Below are positions 1 through 10,319 of a DNA stretch of 64,000 nucleotides, in pieces. Location: assembly GCA_022605425.2 (NCBI GenBank), contig JAKIMF020000001.1, positions 1,302,001-1,366,000 on the forward strand. The letters are read 5' to 3'. The notes beneath the pieces are model-generated. The model ran no database searches. It was given only the letters and a program-made list of their open reading frames with translations, and had not been told where the DNA came from. This stretch comes from Hamiltosporidium tvaerminnensis FI-OER-3-3 (lineage: Eukaryota; Fungi; Microsporidia). The position numbers and the translations under genes were made by a program. The first letter of the stretch is position 1. Each line of letters begins with the position of its first letter.

Positions 1-244
1 ATTTTCTTCTTAATAAAAAAATTGGAATATCGTCATACCACTAAGCACCCATAACCTGTCTTTTGACGGGATTTAAACTTTTCAAATATAAAATTTAGGT
101 AGTTTCTTAGTTTTTGATTGTGTGACTAGGCGAACTTTTCTCATTATTAATATAAAATCAATATTATAGTTTTAACTTTTGAGTTATATGCTCTAGTTTT
201 GAATAATACTCAATTATATGTAAATATATCGCATGATCAAATAA

Positions 245-2575
245 TCCCGGATAATTTTATTATTTTATCAAGGCTTTTTCATTAAAAATTTTGATATGCC
301 TGTTTCATAACACATTTTTTCCGTTTAATTAGATTGTTAAAAAGACTTCGGGTTGTAAATTAAATCAAAATATTTGCGAATTAAATTTCCAAAAGTTACT
401 AAAATTTCAAATATGAATGTATTTTTGGTGGCGAACTGGAAACACAATTGTAAGATTCTTTGAAATGCATAATAACTTAACTCTGTCGAGTTACAGTCCC
501 TTGGAGAGCTTGCGCTTTTTTAATTCAAATACATATTTGTTCATATCCAAGGGAAATTATTTTATTAATTTTACCTCGAAAAAATCAAAACAACTAATAG
601 TAAATGAAAAAAATATTGGTGAAGAGTATCTAAAATTGCTTAAGGTTATATTTTACGGGAATACAGATGCCACAACTGGTGATGATAATAATCTATTAAA
701 CGATAAAATAGAAGGACATGTGCTAAAGATGAAGATAAAATTATTTTAAAATATATTGTAAACGGAAAAGAATCAGATTACACCTGAGCTGATAAAAATA
801 GGTTAGAAAGAAGAATTTGCCCGTGGCGATCTTTAGCATAGTTTGAATCTATACATATAAGAATGCATCCGAAAGAAATTCACTTTTCAATATTTATAGA
901 GAAGAAAAAAGCTCAACAGTAAGTCTAAAAAGTAAGTTTTAGTGTTGTAACGTTTAAGTGTTGGTTTCTTTGATAATAGACTATAGCGTTATAATAAATG
1001 GAAAAATTGCACAATAAAAGAAGATAGAAAGGTTATCAAAAGGTCATTGCAGTTTGTCTCAATATAAATTAGATGAAATGGTTACTTTTTATATGGAAAG
1101 TGCATATTATAGCAAAATTTTAATTTTCTACTTGTTAAATGACATCTCCGGGACTAATATCATAAAATATGATCGAAATAATATATTGAAATCTTACATT
1201 GATCCGTTTTAATGAAATAATTTCATAAAAGACAACACTTCAAAAGCATTAATATGATTTTTTTACCGTAATATTTGCGATAAATTGTTCGAAAACAGCC
1301 AAAAATGTCATAACCCAGGCACGTAATATACTTTAGAAGAACTCTTATTTTCGAGTAAATATAGATTTATATTTGCAGCAATACTGCCAAAGAGGCCTTG
1401 TTAGGTTATGAATAAATTTGTGCCAAGTATCGAACATCGAACGCAAATAAACGGTAAAAGCACCACCTTTCATATATCAGAAAAAACAAAAATAGGACTT
1501 TTTCGAAACTACTTTGTAAATATTTCGGGTTTAAACTTAAGTGGTTGTCTACATGGCGTTGTAAAATCGTAACGAAAGATAGCTTTTTGACGAAGAAAAC
1601 TCTTAGCAACACAAGTGTTGCACAAAAACACCTCGAGTTAGAAATACGAAAAGAGAGAATTAAAAATATATTTGATGCTAAAAATGATGATATAGTAATG
1701 CTTTATTCGAAAATTATTAAACTGCTATTGATATCTTACAAATGTAGAAGTTTATATAAAATGTACATTTACATACTTGCCAAGATTAATTTGTAACTGG
1801 GAAAAAATAATAAATCTTTAACAATAACCAGTTTCATAGTAAAATAGAGTGTATTTTGGTGTGACATGACTGATCAAGTGACAATGAAATATACCACAGA
1901 ACCCAAATCTTGCGGATGGTTGATTTAAGCACTTTTTAATCTTCTTAATTTAGCATTTATAGATTCACGTATTTTGTACATTCAATCAACAAGAAAAATA
2001 TCACTCGACAAAGAATTTACTTAGTATTGTGGTAGAATTACAGAATATTTTCAAGAATTCTATGAAAAGCAAAATTTATTCCAATGTAAAAAACGTGTTA
2101 CCTGAAGATATAAAATATAAACATCTTCTATGTTAAAACATGTTAAAAATAATGAATTAAAAACTTGTTTTCATTTAGAAGCTTTAAAAAATATACAAAA
2201 TGCCTTTTGTATTATACAATAGAACATAATAATTTATTTATTTATCTCCTAATATTAAATTTAATATACTCAATAACGAAATATAAAGGAATAATTCTAC
2301 AGTTATGATAAAAATATATATATTATGTGATGCTATGAGTTAGTAAAATTCTTCATAAAAAAAGTCCTGTAGAAAACCGGTACTTTAAAGGCCCAAGTTT
2401 CAAATATGGCTTTATACTTTTTCTAAAAAAAATATTATTAAGACCATTAAAATCCTTAGTTTCATAGTTTATTTTACAGTAAAAATAAAGAGTATACGAA
2501 GTCTAATATTAATCATCTGTAATTATAAATATTTTAGTAAGAAAATTAATAATTAGTTTTTCCCGGGAGGGTTAA
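245..2575 (+). mobile_element. Decayed piggyBac (PGBD4-like) DNA transposon remnant
   Basis: Broken frames give piggyBac motifs in order. ICDKLFENSQKCHNPGT*YTLEELLFSSK (~1275-1360) resembles IWDKFIENSQNCYKPG..TIDEQLFPTK. IVTKDSFLT (~1566) resembles NVTTDNFFTS. FG-DMTDQVTMKYTT..W...ALFNLLNLAFIDSRILY (~1856-1980) resembles GVDVVDQM..KY...RRWP..VFFNILDLAGINAWILY. The right end is CCCGGGAGGG followed by TTAA (2562-2575). The left boundary is a guess. Confidence 0.75.
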
Positions 2576-2629
2576 TATATTATTTACAAATATTAATTCA
2601 AAGATAAATCCTTTAAAAACAACCTTGTT

Positions 2630-4123
2630 ATGTTACATAGTGAGGATGAACAAGAAAGAGAATTTTTATTTGAATTAGAAAGCATAAATAAGATAGGGAT
2701 TGAGATAGAAAAAGATTTAAAAAAAATAGAAAGTTATATCAAAGAGACACCATTATCTACTCTTGAAGCTTTTAAGACATACATTGAACCAAAAAGAAAT
2801 TTAGATAAAATTATTTATTTTTATGATTTATTTCTTAAAAGTGCAGAAAATATTTACAAACAGCAAGAAAAAATCGAAATAATAAAAAATAAGGAAATAG
2901 TTAAAGAAGAATTTGATAAAGAAATTAAAATAATTAAGTGTTTAGAAAAAATTAAAGGAGAATTGTTTAATTTTAAGAAATATCAAGACATACATGCTGT
3001 AAAAAAATTTTGTGATGAGGTGAATAAAAATGTAAATGTAAATCTTGAAATGTTAGAAAAATCTTTTTTTAAATATATTGGTCATCAATTTCCTAATATG
3101 AATTATAAAACTAAGATTTGTAATATTTCTAATTTTTTATATTTAAATCGTGAAAAATCTATTTTTGTTAAGAAATACGTTGATTTATTTATTATTAAAT
3201 ATGGAAGTAGAAAAATAGAAAATAAATATATAGAATTAGTTAATAGAGTAATATGTTTACATGAATGGATAGAAGAAGTAAAAAAAGTAAATGATTTTTT
3301 GTTTGAAGAAGATATAACAGGTTCTATAAATAAAGAGATATTAGAAAAACTTATGTTAGAACTTAAAGTAGTAATTTCACATGCTTTGATGGATATTGAT
3401 AGAAAAAACAAACCTGAAAATTTAATTTATTTAATTAAATTATATTCGAGTATAAAAATAAAAGAAAATATTAGAGATACCAACATGGAAATGTTATTTG
3501 AATTTAAAAAAGAATGTTTGGTTCTCATTAATAATTTACTGATAACTTTTGAACAAAATATAATTCATGAAAAAAAGAATGAAAAAAACTTTTTATGTGA
3601 ACAGTTCAATAAAACGTTTCTAGATTTTTGTGATACATTTAAGGAAAATAATAATTGTCTTGAGGAACTTATTTTCAAATTTCAAGAAAATTTTGCATTT
3701 GAAAATTATGATTCATTTGTAAATTATTACGGGGTTAAATGCTTGCGAAAAACCTTTGATTTAAGTGAAAACCTTAAAGGGATTCAAAAATGTGTTTATC
3801 TTTTAAATAATTTAGATATCTTACAGGAATATATTCTAGAATATAAAAATATTAAAATCATTGAATATTTAGAAAGAAATAAAAACGATATTATTAAAAT
3901 ATGGAAGAATGAATGTGAGAAACGTAAACATAAAGAATCTACCGAGTTTCTTAAGTTAAATCTTTCTATTCAAAGAAAATATATATTACCCGATTTGGTA
4001 AGAGAAAATGTTATTTCACAACTTTCAAAAATTATTTTTAATCTTGTTTCAAATTCTAAATACAGAGAACCTCAAGATGATCTTAAAAACAAAATTAATG
4101 AATTATTCAGTGGCAAAGAATAA
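2630..4123 (+). CDS. EXO70: Exocyst subunit Exo70-like protein
   Basis: Intact 497-aa helical ORF. The C-terminus QRKYILPDLVRENV...KYREPQDDLKNKINELFSG matches the Exo70 C-terminal pattern (Q..W.VPD..LR...KY...DL...I..LF.G). Confidence 0.65.
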   Translation: MLHSEDEQEREFLFELESINKIGIEIEKDLKKIESYIKETPLSTLEAFKTYIEPKRNLDKIIYFYDLFLKSAENIYKQQEKIEIIKNKEIVKEEFDKEIKIIKCLEKIKGELFNFKKYQDIHAVKKFCDEVNKNVNVNLEMLEKSFFKYIGHQFPNMNYKTKICNISNFLYLNREKSIFVKKYVDLFIIKYGSRKIENKYIELVNRVICLHEWIEEVKKVNDFLFEEDITGSINKEILEKLMLELKVVISHALMDIDRKNKPENLIYLIKLYSSIKIKENIRDTNMEMLFEFKKECLVLINNLLITFEQNIIHEKKNEKNFLCEQFNKTFLDFCDTFKENNNCLEELIFKFQENFAFENYDSFVNYYGVKCLRKTFDLSENLKGIQKCVYLLNNLDILQEYILEYKNIKIIEYLERNKNDIIKIWKNECEKRKHKESTEFLKLNLSIQRKYILPDLVRENVISQLSKIIFNLVSNSKYREPQDDLKNKINELFSGKE

Positions 4124-4997
4124 AATTAATTTTAATATTATTTTTAAAAATAAATAATTATATTTTTTCGTAAATAACTTTAAAACTAGGTTTAAAAATG
4201 TAAAAATGTTGATTTATACTACAAACATTTAAATATTTTCTTTCTTTATTATTAAACATTGAAATAATGAAATTCTTTATAAATTTAATCTGACAAATTC
4301 ATTTAAACTTTGAGTAAACTTTATTTTGCTCAAAAAAGTTGTATATTTTTCTTTCTCTTTATTCATTTATTAACAGGAGTATAAATTCATTGTGTTTTCA
4401 GCTCCATGTAGGTACATAGCAATATCTCTTCCCAGCAGAAATTGTAATTTTCTATTGATTATAAACTCTTTGTTATTCAAAAAAAAGGTTTTAATGTTTC
4501 TGTGTACTACTTACTGAATTTAAGCGTAAATATTTTGTGATATATTCAGCATTTTTTTTGTAAATTTTATTGTATTAAATTACAATGTCATTTTGTTTTA
4601 TTCGAAAAGGTATTTTTCTATATTACACTGTTAAAAAAGACCTAAATACGTTAGCTAATAAATGGTAAAGTCTACTTTCCTTTGTTTTTAAAACTTGAAA
4701 CGAATCTTTTGAAGTAATTCTTATTGCAATGAGTGCAATAATATTTTATTTTCATCAAAAATAAATATACGAGATCTATTATTTCGAATTTCGTTTGTAT
4801 TCTGGTGTCTACACGTATTTAAATATTCCTTTTTAGTAATTTTTTGAACTGAATAGCTTAAAATTTAGTTTAAAAATGTGCTCTTAATTATTCTAGATAA
4901 ATGGTTTAATACACCTAAACACATAAGTAAGGCGTCTAGAATGACCCGTAACAAATATTTATCACACCTAGTCAGTAAAGCGTCGATTTGTTTGGAG

Positions 4998-5730
4998 CTT
5001 GGGTCTTCAAACTTTTTGGCACGCGGGTCAAAGACTCATTACTTTTTATGCAACCATACGGAAAAATATTTCTGTAGTTTTAATTAGTAATAATTTAAAT
5101 CAAACTTTTAAAGTTTCATATAGATGTTCATAAATAAAACACTTGTATTAATCATATTTCCATATAAAAATGGACAAATAAATTACTGAAACTTTATAAA
5201 AGTCTTCCGGCCAAGCTATTCAATCACGTTTATAAATTTTCTCAAAGTTTTATTTCCGCTTTGGGATCTATCTTTTTTTGCGAAGAAACATTCTTTAAAA
5301 TGAAATATACAAATACATTTACAGACCTAAATTAACGGATAAGCACTTGAAGCCGTTACTGATAATTTCTATTAGTAAATTTAATCATAATTTCAACAAA
5401 TTATGACTGAAAAATCACAACTACATGAATCTCATTAATAATAAATTATGCCATATATTTTTTGATTTTTATTTTGATTTTTTAGTAAAAAATAATAAAA
5501 AAATAATTTCTAGTTTAAAAAAATAATGAAACTCTATATCTTTTTTGAATTATAATTTCGTGGCTAAATTCTCTATAATTGCAATTCTTGCTGTATGATT
5601 TAACTATATTTTTTATTTAGTTCCATATCGAAAAAAAATCTAAGTAATAAAAAAAATCCATGGCGCACCAGAAATATATAGCCGCGGACCGGATAAAAAG
5701 TTTCCGGGGACCGGAGTCTGAAAAACCCTG
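4998..5730. mobile_element. Non-autonomous hAT (Charlie/Buster-like) element / MITE
   Basis: Left end CTTGGGTCTTCAAACT versus reverse complement of the right end CAGGGTTTTTCAGACT (11/16 identical). GC-rich subterminal motifs CGCGGGTC and GCCGCGGACCGG are typical of Charlie-type ends. Flanks GTTTGGAG and GTTTACAG (the latter sharing the terminal G) look like an eroded 8-bp TSD. The interior is AT-rich and non-coding. Confidence 0.55.
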
Positions 5731-6934
5731 TTTACAGGAACGACTAAGGTTTGAGATTATATTTATTCATTTTATAATACATTTCCATCCTAAGTATAGC
5801 AGAACACTACCTCTTAGGTGGTATGATATTTATTTTCTTAGGTTATATTCAAGAGACATAAATTCTTATTGACGTATTATTTTTGTATTAAAATATTTAG
5901 AATCCATGATTTTTATAGTTTATTGTATAGATTCGATTATATTTTGCTTAGATCTGCGTTCTTTACTACTAGTTTCTTTTAAAGCATACAAAATATTTAA
6001 TAAAAAGACTAATTAATTTCAAACTTACATATATTGATTTTTATACTTGACCAATAGAATAATTTATCATGGAATATAGTAATAAATACAGATAAGTCAA
6101 TGTAAATCAAATTTTAAGTCATCTGGTCGTATCTGAACCAATTTTTCAGCTTCTTAATCCTCATTTACAACAATTATTCTTTGATTCAATATGCTTAGTA
6201 TAATGTTTCTTCTTCTTTTTATAGTTTACATGTTGCTAAGCTCGTAAAAGCAAATCCATTTAAAGTGCAAGATACTCATATAAAGATAAATTTAACTTTA
6301 ACTTATTGCTTCAAAAAGCAATTATTAATTTGGTAAAATTGGAATTAAGCCTTGAAAATCTATTTTAGCTTTAAATTATGTATTTCTTGGTCTTTATTAT
6401 CTGAGTTATTAGCCGCTCTTGAGCAATTTCCCAATAAAAATAAATAATATGTATTGATATGTATATTTATCATCTTCGTTTACTTGCTTTAATTTTTTTC
6501 ATCGTTCATAAAATTTTCATTTTTTATGTCTATTTACCATTTATTTTATTGTCTTCTTTTTCCTTTGCATTTATTCATGTGAAACGTTTCCTTTGTCTAA
6601 GGCTTCTTTCTAGCAATATGCTGTGTTATTACATTCTTCTGTTTTTTTAATTTCTAGTTATTTTTATTAAAATTTTTTTTTACTCTAATCAGGTATAAAA
6701 TCTCATAAGACTTCCAAGCAATAATTATTTCCTATCGTTAAGGAAATGAAAGAATTACATAGATATAAGACATTATAATATTAATCTGATCATATATTGT
6801 TTTTATAGTCATAAAAAATATTAAAAATAAACTCATGAGAAAGTAATTAATATCAAATCTTGTTTAAAAATTTAAAACTAAAAAATATGTTCTCATATTA
6901 TGATATACTATTATATACCATTATTTACTATAAT

Positions 6935-7604
6935 TGGTGGAGTGAGGATAACCACATAATAAACTTTCTGCTTGGCAATGAGTGTGTGAAACTGGTGTGA
7001 AGTCATTGTCTGGATTTTTGGTGGGTATAAAACCACACTACATCTTCGGTTGTTCCATGAGAGTTTTTATGAGGAGGAGAGGTCTAAGAAATGGAGAAAC
7101 TTTTTCTACAAATTTATTTGTAGTTTTTTACGTAACCAGATTGCAGCCCGCAGCTGAACATGTAGGTAATTGCCATGTAAAAGCATGGAAACCTAGCCTT
7201 GCTCACATGGATTAGAAGACTTGGCGCCTGGGAGATATAAAAATAAAAACCATTTAAAGCCGGGAGAGCTAAGTAGCAGGTTATACCTGTTGGTATGACA
7301 TTGCACTGTCTAGGTGGACCCCATGTAAATCTCTGAAATATATCTCAGCTAAAAGTTCATTGGGTTGGGAAGTGTAGAGTAAGTGGGAATGCTGCATAGT
7401 CTTTGGTGAGCCGAGGGGGGGCTTTGGCCTTCGATCACACTCCATGCAACGGACATTAACGAACTCCGGGCAACTGCCTCGCCTAGTAATTAGGTTCTAC
7501 ACATTTGGTAGATAAAAGGCTTTGGAACGTAGGTATCGCAAGGGTTATCGATGGAGTGTTAGGGTAGCAGCCATTTATGTTAACCCTAGAACTGCGTTAA
7601 TGTC
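6935..7604 (+). ncRNA. Unclassified highly structured GC-rich RNA candidate with a U1-like core and a 3' pseudoknot
   Basis: Counted 60-nt lines are 47% GC (7141-7200) and 57% GC (7381-7440) versus 8% at 7921-7980; G exceeds C on the + strand. Complementary pairs: 6974-6981/7003-7010, 7106-7113/7116-7123, 7163-7167/7191-7195, 7173-7178/7183-7188, 7232-7239/7339-7346, 7437-7445/7551-7559, 7452-7461/7595-7604, 7560-7565/7583-7588. No credible ORF. Confidence 0.6.
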
Positions 7605-9011
7605 ATGAAAACAAATATAACACGTGCCACTATTGTAAAAAGATGTGATACTCTTAAATAAACTTAAATATTACTATAATATACAAAATAATGTTTAACA
7701 TTAGTTACTGTAAATATTATTTTAACCAATAAAATATTTCATGTTCTACTTCTGTACACTATTATTGTTGTGTAAGATTTATAAACAAATTATAAAGTTC
7801 ATATTCTTAATCCTAACACTTTACTAGGGTCTTATCTTTTTCGAACTATTGCATTTTGAGTAAGTCTTTGCCATGGCATTTGAATTATGTAAAGGAATTT
7901 ATAAATTTTAAATAAAAAAAATATTTAAAAATTAATAAAGAATAGTTTAAAAATATTAAAACATAGTTTAAAAATGTATTAAAATATAAAAAAGAATCAA
8001 CTTAAAAGAATCAAATTGAAAAATAATTAATAGAATTCAATTGAAAGAGTAATTGAGAGATTCAACTTAAAAGAATCAAATTAAAAAATAATTGAAAAAG
8101 TAATAAATATTATTTTTAACTAAATAATCAATAAATCAAATGTTTATTTAAAACTTCTTACTTAAAAATTTATAGAATAATTAGAATTTTAATACAAAGA
8201 ATATTACAGGCTTAATAGAAAAAATTGTATTTAAAAGCCCAATTTTCATTGTTGAATATATCCTAATCAAATGAAATGGATACTAGTGACATAAATAAAA
8301 TAAAATATCATTCATAAATCATAAATAATTTTTTACTCATTTATATTTACTTTACTGCTTATAGTAATTTTTAAATCTTAATTTATAAGAAATAATCAAT
8401 CATTAATTGCTTTCTTATTCTGATTTAAATATTTTTTTTTAAATTTATTAATTCAGATATATTAGATGTTATATTATTGATTTCTTTTACTCCCGCTTAA
8501 ATGAATATTATTAAGTATATAAATCAAGTTATATTAGTATTTCATATTATTCAATTCTTTTATTTCTGCTTTTAAAATATTTTTTCATTTTTTAATCAAG
8601 TTATATTCTGGTTGTGTCATACGATTCAATTCCTTTGATTTCTCTTTTATTCCTTCTCTTTTAAAACATTCCATTAATTTATTAATTAAGCTGTATTCTG
8701 GTTATGCAATATCATTCTTCTGCTATTTTATAATTTCATCTTTTTTTCATTATTTATTAATTAAGCTGCTATTCTTAGTAGGAAATATCATTCTTTTTCT
8801 TTTTTTAAAAATAATTTTTAAATTTCTCTTTTATTTAGTTTTAAATCTTTAAAAAAATGGGAATTGTCGGTTTAAATATTCTTAGAGCTTCAAAATAAAA
8901 TTTTATCGTACAAAAATATTAAAAAAAACAAAATCTTCAAAAAAATCAAATATTAAGTAAATAACTTATAAAAAAAAATGGTTTATTAATTAATTGTATG
9001 AAGAGTAGCCC

Positions 9012-10319
9012 ATGGATAAAGAAGTTGTGCAGATGGCACTTATATATCTTTCTGTTAGTGCATCTGTTTACTGTGCACATAACTTTATGTATTCTTTTTT
9101 AAAAGCGAGTTGTTCAATAGAAATACATGATTTTTCTATGTTGGATACGTTGGAAGTTTTACGACTGATTGGTGGTTTTTTTTGGACAAATTTGGCAGAC
9201 AGAACAAATAAACATAGAATTATTGCAATAATAAATATGGTGGGATATGCTGTATTTCTTAATCTGTTACAATGGGCACCTTGGTTTATGAAAGCTAAAG
9301 AACTTAATATTTGGACAATAATATATAGAGGGCTTTCTATATTTTTTCAATGTGGTATTTATCCGATACTGGATGCAGTTATATTAGAAATGTTGGAAAA
9401 GAATGGAAAGTCTAGAAAACATTACAGTAAAATACGTATTGCTTCTACATTGGGACATGTATTAGCACATTTGGCAGTAATTTCGGTTTCTTATATATTT
9501 TCTGTGAAGCAAAAAGATGAAAAAGTTGTTTTAATTTTGACGAGTTTTTTTGTTTTGGTGACTTCAATTTTGATATTTTTCTATTTTTCAGATGTGGAAA
9601 AAAAAGAAACAAAAAAAAATAAATTTCCGTTAAAAATCCGAATTCAACGGAATTTGAAATATGTCAGAGAAATATTAACTTTTAGTTTTATATTGTTCAA
9701 TATTACTGGCACATTACAAGGAATTTATAGAAATGCAATGACAAGTTTTTTACCTGCACATTTGGAAAATATTGGAATGAAAAATAATAGCATTCGAGGT
9801 CTTTTTATTTTAAGATGTTTGCCTGAAATAGGAATGCTTTGGATTACTCCGTATATCGAAAGATTTGTTTCTATTTATGTTATGATGCTTTTCGGTATCT
9901 GTTTTGGTGTTTTTAGACCTTTGTTGTACGGATTTGCTGAGTTAAAAAATTTGGGACAAACTGGAATATATTCTGTTTGTATTCTTAATGAACTCACCAA
10001 AGGTATTTTTTCTGCTTTGTATGGGTATGGATCATCAAAAATGGCCAAAGAATTTTCAACGGAAAAAACGAAAGCTTTGGCGCAGGGAATACAAGGAGGT
10101 TGTTACTGTGGATTGGCACCCTTTATCTGTGGACTTATGGGATATTTTATCCTAAAATATGATCTGTTTGAGTATAGAGGAAATTCTTTGAGAGGATTTT
10201 TTATTTTGACTGGATTATTGGGATGTTTTGGTATTTTCATATTGCTTGTTTTAATTAATAACCGTAAAAAGAAAGAAAAAATGAGTATCGGTAGTTCTAA
10301 GATTTATGTTGCCGTTTAA
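9012..10319 (+). CDS. Major facilitator superfamily transporter (MFS_1-like / NupG-like microsporidian family)
   Basis: 435 aa with about 12 hydrophobic segments and MFS motif A-like GFFWTNLADRTNKHR. YSKIRIASTLG resembles the YG..R.WGS.G motif of NupG/MFSD6-like carriers. CCC lies immediately before the ATG. Confidence 0.85.
   Translation: MDKEVVQMALIYLSVSASVYCAHNFMYSFLKASCSIEIHDFSMLDTLEVLRLIGGFFWTNLADRTNKHRIIAIINMVGYAVFLNLLQWAPWFMKAKELNIWTIIYRGLSIFFQCGIYPILDAVILEMLEKNGKSRKHYSKIRIASTLGHVLAHLAVISVSYIFSVKQKDEKVVLILTSFFVLVTSILIFFYFSDVEKKETKKNKFPLKIRIQRNLKYVREILTFSFILFNITGTLQGIYRNAMTSFLPAHLENIGMKNNSIRGLFILRCLPEIGMLWITPYIERFVSIYVMMLFGICFGVFRPLLYGFAELKNLGQTGIYSVCILNELTKGIFSALYGYGSSKMAKEFSTEKTKALAQGIQGGCYCGLAPFICGLMGYFILKYDLFEYRGNSLRGFFILTGLLGCFGIFILLVLINNRKKKEKMSIGSSKIYVAV

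Noticed and set aside
7093-7200. Motif order TATTT..TTTACGT..CCAG..GCAGCCC..TAGGTA..AAACCTA resembling a dicistrovirus IGR IRES; also GAAACTTTTT/AAAAGTTCA resembling RNase MRP P4
   Set aside because: The required IRES pseudoknots cannot be built, and P4 lacks the near-invariant GAAAGUCCCC/GGGGCU sequence. Kept only as possibilities under the main finding.
6982-7215. 77-aa ORF inside the GC-rich island
   Set aside because: GTG start and no recognisable domain; ORFs of this length are expected at higher GC. The RNA helices explain the region better.
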